Source: Thermoplasmata archaeon
Lineage (GTDB): Archaea > Thermoplasmatota > Thermoplasmata > Lutacidiplasmatales > UBA184
Length of the DNA: 64,000 nt
Direction: 5' to 3'
Assembly (NCBI GenBank): GCA_021816865.1
Contig: JAKAWX010000002.1
Location: 12,110 to 76,109 of the forward strand
Shown here one piece after another: positions 46,114 through 54,851 of the stretch; position 1 is the first letter of the stretch, and the number at the start of each line of letters is the position of its first letter. A program made the position numbers and the translations under genes. The notes beneath the pieces are model-generated. The model ran no database searches. It was given only the letters and a program-made list of their open reading frames with translations, and was not told the DNA's origin.

Positions 46114-46739
46114 AGCGTGTGCGGGGGCTCGTCGGGTTCGGCGCTCTTCGCCGACGGCGCGGTCGTTTCGAGGTGGGCGGAGACGTCCTGCTCGGTGACC
46201 AACTGCAGGCGGTCGGCCCGCTGTCGGTAAGACGCGGCCTCCTGTTCCTCGAGGCGCGCGGTCTCGACGTATCGTCCCACCTTGACCTTGAGCTCGGCCG
46301 TCCTCTGCGTCTTGGTCGCGGCCTTGAGCTCGTACGCGCGGGCCTTCTGCTGGCGGTCGACGATCTTCTGCTGGAGCTTGCGCACGCGGTAGTGGAGGTT
46401 CGTGACGTCGGACCCGATCGGCGCTCCGCCCCGGCGGCTGGTCGCCCCCTCGATATCGCGCTCGTGCTGACGCATCTGCTGCTCGATGTCGGGGATCTCG
46501 CCGAGCACCTTCTGGCCCTTCTCCCGAAGGACCGTCGCCTGGTGCCTCAGCTTCTCGATCTTCGTGTTCAGGCGAGAAGCGCGCTGCTGGGCCCGGGCCG
46601 CGGCCTGGTCGTGTTTCGCCGCGATCTCCCGGAGCTTGGTGATGTCGGCGTACTGCTGGCCGATCCACCGGGACTGCCGGGCCGCGAGGGGGCTCGGCGG
46701 CTGGAGCGGCTCGGGAGGAGTGCCTCCGCCGGTCGCCAT
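46110..46739 (-). CDS. Coiled-coil hypothetical protein (209 aa)
   Basis: Q/K/R/E-rich heptad helices; TTAAAG at 46765-46770 about 25 nt upstream; ATGA overlap with kinase gene. Confidence 0.82.
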   Translation of the reverse strand: MATGGGTPPEPLQPPSPLAARQSRWIGQQYADITKLREIAAKHDQAAARAQQRASRLNTKIEKLRHQATVLREKGQKVLGEIPDIEQQMRQHERDIEGATSRRGGAPIGSDVTNLHYRVRKLQQKIVDRQQKARAYELKAATKTQRTAELKVKVGRYVETARLEEQEAASYRQRADRLQLVTEQDVSAHLETTAPSAKSAEPDEPPHTL

Positions 46740-46798
46740 CGGAGGGGCCTCACCCGACCACGAGTTAAAGAGATTGTCGTGCGCGGGTCGGCTCCGCG

Positions 46799-48304
46799 CT
46801 AGCGTCGGGCGGGCCGAACCACCGCATCCGCCGACCGGAGGCGGTCGACGAGCGCCGTGCGCGCGACACGGTTCTGTTGCCGGGAATCCCGGTCGCGCAG
46901 GGTCACGGTGTCGTGGTTCGGCCCCTCGGCGACGGTCTCGCCGTCGACCGTCACGCAGAACGGCGTCCCGGCCTCGTCCATTCGGGCGTAGCGTTTCCCG
47001 ATGGTGCCGGCGTCGTCGTACCGGACCGAGATTCCGGCGGCCGTGAGCTCGTCGGCGACGCGGAGGGCCACCTCGGCGTGAGCCTTGGGGATCAGCGGGA
47101 AGACCCCGACCGTCACCGGCGCGAGGTACGCGGGAAGCTTCCAGATCGTCCGGTCCCCCTCGCTTGCGATATGGGTGTCCGCGAGCGCCCAGAGGTTGCG
47201 GTCGACACCGAACGTGAGCTCGAGGACGTGCGGGAGGACCTTCCGTCCGTCGGGCCGGGTCACCGAGAGGTCCTTCCCCGACCCCTCCCCGTGCCGACCG
47301 AGGTCGTAGTCCCCGCGGTAGTGGACCGCGCCGAGCTCCTTGAACCCCCCGAGGCTCTCGAGGTGGATCTCGACGTCGAACTGGATCCGGTTGTAGAACG
47401 CCCGCTCCCGCTCGGATTTCTCGAACAGGCGGATCCGGTCCGCCGGGTAGGCGAGAACGTCCCGGTAGAACCGGTACGTGTGCACCAGGTGGAAGACATA
47501 GAACTCGGGGAGGTCTCCCGCGGACACGAGGTCGGCGGCCGAGACCCACTCGGGGCTCTCCGCGCCGGACTCCCTCCGGGCGGCCCGTAAGACGGGCAGT
47601 CGTTCGTCGCGCACCCGGTCGAACGGCACCGGAAAGCCCGCCGGGTCGAAGAAGATCTGAAGCTCCGCTTGCGTGAACGCCCGCATCCGGAACAGGACCT
47701 GGCGCGGGGCGATCTCGTTGCGGTAGACCCAGCCGATGACCGCGACCCCGAGCGGTAAGGCGCGGCGGCCGACGTCCCACATCCGTGCGAACGCGAGGTA
47801 GCTGTTCTGGGCGGTCTCGGGGCGGAGGTACGCCCGTTCCGTGCCGGCGACGCCGAAGTCCACGCCGAACATGAGGCTGAACGGGCGCGGGACGCTGAGC
47901 GCCGTCGAGCCGCATCGCGGGCACGTGACCCCGCGGTCGCGGACCATCGCCCCGATCTCGGCGGGCGTGAGGCCGTCGACGCCCTCGGGCCGGACCTTCT
48001 CGAGGACGGTGTCCGCGCGGAACGAGGTGTGGCACTGGTCGCACACCACTTCGGGGTCGGTGAAGTTCTCGAGGTGGCCCGAGGCGCGGACGACCGCCTC
48101 GGGGAGGAGCTCGGCAGGGTCGATGAGGTAGTAGTCGTGGGAGAGCCCGACGAACCACGCGGTCCACGCCCGCTCCAGCCGCTGCTTGAGCGCCGCCCCT
48201 AGGGGACCGTAATCGTAGAGCCCCTGAGCGCCTCCGTAGATCTCCGCCGTCGGCCAGAGCACGCCGCGGCGACGCAGCAGCGCGTACAGTTCGTCGCTCT
48301 TCAT
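46799..48304 (-). CDS. glyS: Glycine--tRNA ligase (alpha2 type)
   Basis: YDYGPLG, ASGH...F.D, YLRPETAQ, RNEI.PR, F.QAE, FG.DR, IGKRY.R.DE.G.P. Confidence 0.96.
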   Translation of the reverse strand: MKSDELYALLRRRGVLWPTAEIYGGAQGLYDYGPLGAALKQRLERAWTAWFVGLSHDYYLIDPAELLPEAVVRASGHLENFTDPEVVCDQCHTSFRADTVLEKVRPEGVDGLTPAEIGAMVRDRGVTCPRCGSTALSVPRPFSLMFGVDFGVAGTERAYLRPETAQNSYLAFARMWDVGRRALPLGVAVIGWVYRNEIAPRQVLFRMRAFTQAELQIFFDPAGFPVPFDRVRDERLPVLRAARRESGAESPEWVSAADLVSAGDLPEFYVFHLVHTYRFYRDVLAYPADRIRLFEKSERERAFYNRIQFDVEIHLESLGGFKELGAVHYRGDYDLGRHGEGSGKDLSVTRPDGRKVLPHVLELTFGVDRNLWALADTHIASEGDRTIWKLPAYLAPVTVGVFPLIPKAHAEVALRVADELTAAGISVRYDDAGTIGKRYARMDEAGTPFCVTVDGETVAEGPNHDTVTLRDRDSRQQNRVARTALVDRLRSADAVVRPARR

Positions 48305-49395
48305 CGTCCCGTGCGCGTCCGAGGGCTCCCCGGCTCGCCCCGGACCATAAGGTGTTCGGTCGTGCGCGTGACGACCTGGTAGGCCGGGTCGCCCGGGGGG
48401 AGCCGGAGCACGAGCGGGCGTGCCGGGGAGCCGGGGGCAATGCGCGCCGCCGCCGGCTCGCCGAGCCATCGCCAAGGCTCGACGAGCGCCGAGCGAGCGA
48501 GGAACTCGGCCGAGACCGGGCGTCGACGCAGGCGCGTCGCGACGTACGCGAACTCGAGCTCGCGCCAGATCGACGGGGCGTGGAACATCGCGTTGTCCGT
48601 CCCGAGGAGCACCGCGAGGCCGAGCCGTTCCATCGCCGCGAGGTCCGGCTGACGGCCGAAGAGAGCGTTCGACCGGGGACAGACGACGACCGGCACTCGT
48701 TCGTCCCGGACCCGAACGAGGTCGTCCCGAGTGGCCCGCGCGAGGTGCACGACGAGGTCGGGCCGCGGGTTGAGGTAGCTTTCGGGGTCTTCGCGGACCG
48801 CCTCGCTCGCGTGGAGCGCGTAGAACTTCCCGGCGCGGCGGCACGCCGCGGCGACGCGTCGGCGGTCGGTGTCGGACTCGTCGCGGGCGCTCGAGAGCCC
48901 GATGCCGTCGGCCACGCGCAGGAGGTCGGCGAGCTCCCGGGAGTCGACCGGACGCGCGACCGGCCGCCCGAGCGAGAGCGCTCGGATCCGAACCCCGCGG
49001 GCGGCGTCCCGGAGGAGCTTGACACCCCCACGGCCCTCCTCGCGGAAATCGATCGTCGCCGCCACCCCCTCCTGGACCATCCGCTCGAGGGCGGCGCGGA
49101 TCGCGGCGATCTTCTCCGCGCGTGAGGCGCGCTCGAGCAGCCGGAACTTGTAGCCGTGCGGCGGGCGGACGAGCGTCGCGACCGACCCGTGGGGAGGCTC
49201 GACGGACGAGACCGCGTCCCCGAGATGCGTGTGCGCGTTCACGGGGGACGGCACGACGATGCCCCGGAGCCGATTCTCGCGTCCCCGGGTGCTGTCGGTT
49301 CCCGGGCTCCCGACCTCAACCACCCGACCCCCGCGCAGGCGGACGTACGCGGGTCGGATGCCGTCGATATCGAGGACCGCCCCTTCGACCAGCAT
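48301..49395 (-). CDS. Amidohydrolase/deaminase family protein
   Basis: NAHTHLGD, DFREE, HASE, VVH, CPRSN, LGTDN; alternative start 49416. Confidence 0.88.
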   Translation of the reverse strand: MLVEGAVLDIDGIRPAYVRLRGGRVVEVGSPGTDSTRGRENRLRGIVVPSPVNAHTHLGDAVSSVEPPHGSVATLVRPPHGYKFRLLERASRAEKIAAIRAALERMVQEGVAATIDFREEGRGGVKLLRDAARGVRIRALSLGRPVARPVDSRELADLLRVADGIGLSSARDESDTDRRRVAAACRRAGKFYALHASEAVREDPESYLNPRPDLVVHLARATRDDLVRVRDERVPVVVCPRSNALFGRQPDLAAMERLGLAVLLGTDNAMFHAPSIWRELEFAYVATRLRRRPVSAEFLARSALVEPWRWLGEPAAARIAPGSPARPLVLRLPPGDPAYQVVTRTTEHLMVRGEPGSPRTRTGR

Positions 49396-49490
49396 GACCG
49401 CCGCCGTCCGAGGCATCGGCCCCCTTAAGGCCGAGCCCGATCCCGCCCCGAACCGCTAAGCGGCCCGGCGATTCGGGGACTTCGGGCACG

Positions 49491-50366
49491 ATGACCGCAC
49501 GACCGACCGACCCGCCCCGCGACCTCCTCGTTTCCGGGCACGTGAACGTCGACCGATTCCTATCGGTTCGCGCGTTCCCGCTGGCCGACCGGACCGTCCC
49601 GGTGGTCCGGAACCGGACGGAGCTTGGAGGGACCGCGTCGAACCTCGCGCGTGTCGCGTCGGCCTACGGGGTAGCGAGCGGCCTGGTCGCGCGCGTCGGC
49701 GAGGGTTTCCCGGCCGAGTTCCGGCGTCGCCTCGAGCGCGCGGGGATCGACCTCCGGGGACTTGTATCGGTCCCCGGGCGGCCGACACCCACCTGCTTCA
49801 TCGTCGAGGACCGCAAGGGCGGCCAGCGGACGCTGATCGACCAGGGACCGATGGCGGACACGGCCCACGCGGCGCTCCCCGGTGACTGGATTCGGGAGTA
49901 CAGCTGGGTCCATCTCACGACGGGTGATCCCGACTTCCAGCTCCGCCTCGCCCGACGGGCTCGCGCCTCGGGACTCCACGTCGCGGCCGACCCGGCGCAG
50001 GAGATCCACTACCGCTGGGACCGCCGCCGTTTCGCGGCCCTGCTCGGAGAGTGCGAGCTCCTGTTCGGCAACCGCTCCGAGATTGCGCGAGCCCTCGGGC
50101 TCGCCGGGACCCGCTCGCTCGATCGCCTTCTCGACCGGGTCCCGCTCGTCGTGAGGACCGAGGGTCGCGCCGGCGCCTCGGCGTTCTCCCGGGCCGGACG
50201 CGAGCATGTCCCTTCGGTCCGTCCGAGGAGCCCCCGGACGCTCGTCGGCGCGGGCGACGCGTTCCGCGGTGGGTTCTACGCAGCCTTTTTTGGCGGCCGC
50301 CCGATGAGGGAGTGCCTGACCGCCGGCGCCCGAGCCTCCGCGGCTTGGATCGACGGACCCGGTTAG
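49491..50366 (+). CDS. PfkB/ribokinase-family kinase (nucleoside-kinase-like)
   Basis: GG.A.N.A, DP.Q, N..E, GAGDAFRGGF. Confidence 0.92.
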   Translation: MTARPTDPPRDLLVSGHVNVDRFLSVRAFPLADRTVPVVRNRTELGGTASNLARVASAYGVASGLVARVGEGFPAEFRRRLERAGIDLRGLVSVPGRPTPTCFIVEDRKGGQRTLIDQGPMADTAHAALPGDWIREYSWVHLTTGDPDFQLRLARRARASGLHVAADPAQEIHYRWDRRRFAALLGECELLFGNRSEIARALGLAGTRSLDRLLDRVPLVVRTEGRAGASAFSRAGREHVPSVRPRSPRTLVGAGDAFRGGFYAAFFGGRPMRECLTAGARASAAWIDGPG

Positions 50367-50379
50367 GGAGGGAGCGCTC

Positions 50380-51627
50380 GTGGAGATGCATGCGTTCGGC
50401 CGCCTTACGGAGGTCGACGTCGCGCGCCGCCGGCTTCTCTCCGCCGCCCGACCGGTACGACGCACCGAGACTCTGCCCGTCACCGAGGCGTTCGGACGCG
50501 TCGCGGCGGCGACGATCCGAGCTCCGTTCCCGGTACCGTCGTTCGCGCGCACGACCTGGGACGGCTACGCCGTTCGGTCGAAGGACACCACCGCGGTCGG
50601 GCCCGGGCACCCGGTTTCGCTGCGGATCGTCGGGGAGGTCTTCGCCGAGCAGGCGTATCCCGGACGGCTCGGCGCCGGGGAGACGGTCGCGATCGCGACC
50701 GGGGGAGCGATCCCTGCGGGTGCCGACGCCGTCGTCATCTTCGAGGAAGTCGAACGGACGGAAGGGTCGATCGTCGTCCGTCGCCCCATCCCGCCCGGGG
50801 ACCGCATCAGCCGACCCGGCCACGACTTCCCCCGCGGCTCGGTGCTGGTGCGCCAGGGCACGGAGCTCTCGGCGACCGCGCTCGGCACGCTCGCCGCGTG
50901 CGGAGTTCCGACCGTGGCGGTCTACGCCCGGCCGGTCGTGGCGGTCGTGCCCAACGGCAACGAACTGCTCGTCCCCGGCGTTCCGCCGCGGACCGGTATG
51001 ATCTTCGAGAGCAACAACGCGACGATCGCCGCCGTCGTCACCGCCGCGGGCGGGATCCCCCGGCTCTCGGACCCGGTCCCGGACGACCCCGCGGTGATCG
51101 AACGGGCGATCCGCGCCGCGCTCGACTCCTCCGACCTGGTCCTCGCGACCGGTGGGAGCTCGGTCGGCGAGCGGGACCACCTGCCCCGGATCCTTCCTCG
51201 CTTGGGGACCCTCCTCTTCCACGGGGTCGCCGTCCGTGCCGGCAAGCCGACGCTCGCCGCCCGAGTGGGCGACAAGCTCGTGGTGGGCCTTCCCGGTCAC
51301 CCGACATCGTGCCTGGCGAACATGTACTGGCTCCTCCTGCCCGTGCTCCGGAAGATCGCCCGGCGTGCCGGTCCCGGATTCACCGAAGGGTGGGCGGTCC
51401 TGGGCCACGACGCGATGGCGCCGTCCCCCGGCCTGTCCACGATCGTGCCCCTACGGTTCGAGAACGGTCGAGCCTACTCTACGTTCCGGGGCTCGTCGAT
51501 CATCACGAGCCTCTCGGGAGCGACGGCGTTCGCGATGCTGCCGCCCGGACGGCGGGTCGTGCGCGCGGGGACGAGGATCCGGGTCTACCACCTCGACCCT
51601 CCGCTCGGTACCGTACGCCCGGAGTGA
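50380..51627 (+). CDS. moeA: Molybdopterin molybdotransferase MoeA
   Basis: P.F....DGYAV, IATG..IP.GADAV...E, GNEL, TGGSSVG..D, GKPT, GLPG.P. Confidence 0.94.
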   Translation: MEMHAFGRLTEVDVARRRLLSAARPVRRTETLPVTEAFGRVAAATIRAPFPVPSFARTTWDGYAVRSKDTTAVGPGHPVSLRIVGEVFAEQAYPGRLGAGETVAIATGGAIPAGADAVVIFEEVERTEGSIVVRRPIPPGDRISRPGHDFPRGSVLVRQGTELSATALGTLAACGVPTVAVYARPVVAVVPNGNELLVPGVPPRTGMIFESNNATIAAVVTAAGGIPRLSDPVPDDPAVIERAIRAALDSSDLVLATGGSSVGERDHLPRILPRLGTLLFHGVAVRAGKPTLAARVGDKLVVGLPGHPTSCLANMYWLLLPVLRKIARRAGPGFTEGWAVLGHDAMAPSPGLSTIVPLRFENGRAYSTFRGSSIITSLSGATAFAMLPPGRRVVRAGTRIRVYHLDPPLGTVRPE

Positions 51628-51679
51628 CCCGGACCCGGTGCGACGACAACGGTTAAGCGCCCCGGACGGCTCGTCCGGC

Positions 51680-52510
51680 GTGGCCCGCCGAGACCTCGGG
51701 GTCGCGATCCTGTCGATCGAAGGGACGAACAACGACGAGGAGCTGTTCGTCGCGCTCTGCGAGCTCGGAGCGAGCCCCGAGATCGTCCACCTCAAGCAAC
51801 TCGAAGGCCGGGACGTGACGCGGGAGGAGCGCCGCCGGCTCAACGATTACCGGGTCCTTTTTTTGCCCGGCGGATTCTCCGCCGGCGATTACGTCCGGGC
51901 GGGCGCGATCTTCGCGGCGCGCCTGCGGGCGTCGATCGGGGCCGAGCTGGAAGAGTTCGTGCGGTCGGGGCGGCTCGTGGGCGGGATCTGCAACGGTTTC
52001 CAGGTGCTGACGGAGCTCGGCCTCCTGCCCGGACGCCCCGGCGGCCGCCTCGGTGCCCCGGAGGCGGCCCTGATGACGAACGACAGCGGACGATACGAGT
52101 GCCGTCCGACGTTCCTCGCGTGGGACGGCGGACGGTTTCCGGCGCTGGAGGGCGTGCCCAAGGGCACGCGGTACCTCTTCCCGTCCGGCCACGCGGAGGG
52201 GAAGCTCGTCTTGGGCGGCGACGCGGACGCGCACCGCCGTCGTTTGGAGGAGAACGGTCAGGTCCTCTTCCGTTGGGTCGCGCCGGACGGACGGCCGGCG
52301 ACGTACCCGTGGAACCCGAACGGTTCGGCGGGGAACATCGCCGGGCTCACGAACCCGGAAGGGAACGTCTTCGGCCTGATGCCGCACCCCGAGCGAGCGC
52401 TCGACCGGGCGCAGGCACCGGACTGGACGCGGAGCGGTTCGTCGGCGGGGTACGGGGACGGGGAGAAGTTCCTCCGCGCGGTCCTCGACTACGCCGAGCG
52501 CCACCGTTAG
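51680..52510 (+). CDS. purQ: Phosphoribosylformylglycinamidine synthase I (glutaminase subunit)
   Basis: GTN, PGGFS.GDY.RAGA, GICNGFQ, NPNGS, GLMPHPER. Confidence 0.95.
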   Translation: MARRDLGVAILSIEGTNNDEELFVALCELGASPEIVHLKQLEGRDVTREERRRLNDYRVLFLPGGFSAGDYVRAGAIFAARLRASIGAELEEFVRSGRLVGGICNGFQVLTELGLLPGRPGGRLGAPEAALMTNDSGRYECRPTFLAWDGGRFPALEGVPKGTRYLFPSGHAEGKLVLGGDADAHRRRLEENGQVLFRWVAPDGRPATYPWNPNGSAGNIAGLTNPEGNVFGLMPHPERALDRAQAPDWTRSGSSAGYGDGEKFLRAVLDYAERHR

Positions 52511-53150
52511 CCCGCCGGGTCGGGGCCCGGCCGATCCGGTCGGCGACATCGAGCCGCCAGACGTCGAGCCGCTCGCCTTCGAGCGATCGCGAGGCGACCA
52601 CACTCCGTCGTCCCCCCGCCGCACGCCAGGCGTCGGCGAGGCCGACGAGCGCGGAGGCGTCCTGCACCGTAGAGACGACCACGTACGCCTCCCCGCGGGG
52701 GGCGAGGTGATCGGGCAGGTCGTGGAACAGGCGGGCGAGCACCCGGCAGCCGTCCGGGCCCCCGTCGAGGGCGAGGCTCGTCCACGGGTCGGGGTCCCGT
52801 TCCTCGGGCTGCGTCGGGAGGTACGGGGGGTTCGCGAGCACCCGGTCGAACCGACCGAGGCCGCGGGCAAGGTCCGTGCGCACGCAGTCGAGGTCGAGAC
52901 CTTCGGACCGCGCGGCCTCCCGCAGCCGCGCGAGGGCCCGCGGGTTCCGGTCGGTCGCCACGACGCGCGCTCCCGCGCGCCCGGCCGCGATCGCGGCGAT
53001 CCCCGAACCCGCGCCGACCTCGAGCACACGCGTTCCCGGAGCGACCGCTGCGAACGGGAGCAGAAGGAACGAATCCTCGCGCGGCGGGTAGACCGAGGGG
53101 GTCTCGCCCCGAGAGCCTCGCCGCTCCGCGGGTGTGCGAATCCGATGCAT
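52347..53150 (-). CDS. HemK2/PrmC-like SAM methyltransferase
   Basis: VY.P.EDSFLL, LEVGAGSG, NPPY, GG.DG; C-terminal tail runs antisense into purQ. Confidence 0.88.
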   Translation of the reverse strand: MHRIRTPAERRGSRGETPSVYPPREDSFLLLPFAAVAPGTRVLEVGAGSGIAAIAAGRAGARVVATDRNPRALARLREAARSEGLDLDCVRTDLARGLGRFDRVLANPPYLPTQPEERDPDPWTSLALDGGPDGCRVLARLFHDLPDHLAPRGEAYVVVSTVQDASALVGLADAWRAAGGRRSVVASRSLEGERLDVWRLDVADRIGRAPTRRANGGARRSRGPRGGTSPRPRTPPTNRSASSPVPAPGRALARGAASGRRRSLPGS

Positions 53151-53220
53151 GGTCGCTTCGGGGCGCGATGCCTTCTTATTCGCCCCCCGCCTAGAAGAGG
53201 CGCTTACGCACTTATTCTCC

Positions 53221-53778
53221 ATGCCTCGACGTCTCTCTCCTCCGGTCAAGATCGGCATCACGGGTCTGCCCGGGGCCGGAAAGACCCAGACGCTCCTGCG
53301 GATCGTCCAGCTCCTCGAGGAGGAGGGCGTGACCGTCGGGGGGATGGTCACGGAGCCGATCGTCGAGAAGCAGCGACGCACCGGATTCCGGATCACGAAC
53401 TGGCTCACGAAGGAGCACGCGGTCTTCGCGCACGAGGGGCTCAAGTCGCGCGTGAAGTCCGGTCGCTACGGCGTCAACCTCGCCGCGCTCGAGGACCTTG
53501 GCACCCGCGCGCTCGCCCAGGCGCGCGAGTCCGCCGACGTGATCGTGATCGACGAGGTCGGGAAGATGGAGGTCGAGAGCGACGTCTTCACCCAGGCGGT
53601 CACCGAGACCCTCGACGCGAAGAAGTCGATCGTGATGACGCTCCACAAGAAATCGCGCAACCCTTTGCTCCAGGATATTCGACGGAGGGACGAGCTACGC
53701 CTGCTCGAGGTGACGCCGGTCAACAAGAACCTCCTCGCGTTCAAGATCGTCTATCTGATCACGGGTCGGGCGCACTAG
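53221..53778 (+). CDS. Nucleoside-triphosphatase (THEP1-like NTPase)
   Basis: ITG.PG.GKT, R.GF, GRY.V, IVIDEVGKME. Confidence 0.93.
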   Translation: MPRRLSPPVKIGITGLPGAGKTQTLLRIVQLLEEEGVTVGGMVTEPIVEKQRRTGFRITNWLTKEHAVFAHEGLKSRVKSGRYGVNLAALEDLGTRALAQARESADVIVIDEVGKMEVESDVFTQAVTETLDAKKSIVMTLHKKSRNPLLQDIRRRDELRLLEVTPVNKNLLAFKIVYLITGRAH

Positions 53779-53807
53779 TCCGGGGCCGCGAAGGGGCGAC
53801 GGACCTA

Positions 53808-54851
53808 ATGCTCCCCGCCGTCCGGGGCGGCCCGGGCCCGCGGAAGCGCTCGGCGGTCTTCTACAACCCCGCGATGGCCGCCGATCGCGACCTCGCGGTC
53901 GCGTTCGTCGGGGCGCTCGCGCGCGTTCGCCCGGCCCCCAGGACCGGCTGGGAGATGCTCGCCGCGACCGGCGCGCGAGGCCTGCGGCTGGTCGAGGAGA
54001 CGGGCGCGTTCGGTGCGTTCGTGCTGACGGAGGCGAACCCCGAAGCGTTTCGGGTCCTCTCGGCGAACGCCCGGGGCCGGCCCGGGGTGACCGTCCATGC
54101 GTCCGACGCGCGCTCGGCGGTCCCCGGAGGGCCGTTCGACTACGTCGACCTCGACCCCTACGGAACGCCCGTGCCGTTCGTCCGGACGGCGCTCGATGCG
54201 GTGGCGACGGGCGGCGTGCTGGGCGTGACGGCGACCGACATGATGGTGCTCGCGGGCGCGCAGCCGGCCGCGTGCGAACGACGCTACGGCGCCCACCCCG
54301 TGCGCGGCCGTCTCGGTCCCGAGGGCGGGCTACGGATCCTGCTCGCGTTCCTCGCGCGGTCGGCGGACGAGCGCGGTCGCTCCGTCCGTCCGCTCTTCGC
54401 CTACGTACGGGGCCATCACGTCCGCGCGTACCTCGAACTGCGCGACGGGCACGGTATCGCCCCCGTCGGCGCGATCGTTCCCGAGACCTGGTCGGGTCCA
54501 CCGCTCGGTGGCGGAGCGCCGGTCGGGCCGCTCTGGCTCGGTCCGCTCTTCGACGCCGAACTCGTCGCCGCCCTCGAGGTCCCGCGGACGGCGGCCCGGC
54601 CCCGGGAGGTCGCGACGTTCCTCGAGCGGGTGCGGGCAGAGTCGACCGTCGACGTGCCGTTCTACTACGAACCGAACACGCTCGCACGGGCGACGGGCGT
54701 TCTCCGTCCGCCCGCGTTGGCGTCGCTCATCGAGGTGCTCGCAGCCCGAGGGTACCGGGCCGGGAGGACTCACGCCCGACCCGAAGGGTTCCGCACCGAC
54801 GCGGACCGCACGGTGGTCGCCGAGGTCGTCCGGGCGCTCGGCCGCGGCTAA
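53808..54851 (+). CDS. trm1: tRNA (guanine26-N2)-dimethyltransferase
   Basis: VFYNP.M...RD, ATG.RGLR, D.DPYG.P..F, VTATD, E.GLR.L, GPLW.G.L, RTH....F.TDA; conserved EG segment lies upstream of ATG. Confidence 0.9.
   Translation: MLPAVRGGPGPRKRSAVFYNPAMAADRDLAVAFVGALARVRPAPRTGWEMLAATGARGLRLVEETGAFGAFVLTEANPEAFRVLSANARGRPGVTVHASDARSAVPGGPFDYVDLDPYGTPVPFVRTALDAVATGGVLGVTATDMMVLAGAQPAACERRYGAHPVRGRLGPEGGLRILLAFLARSADERGRSVRPLFAYVRGHHVRAYLELRDGHGIAPVGAIVPETWSGPPLGGGAPVGPLWLGPLFDAELVAALEVPRTAARPREVATFLERVRAESTVDVPFYYEPNTLARATGVLRPPALASLIEVLAARGYRAGRTHARPEGFRTDADRTVVAEVVRALGRG

Noticed and set aside
46110-49031. 973-aa ORF that could look like a giant fusion
   Set aside because: Only the last 209 aa look coding; the rest is an off-frame shadow of glyS and the amidohydrolase
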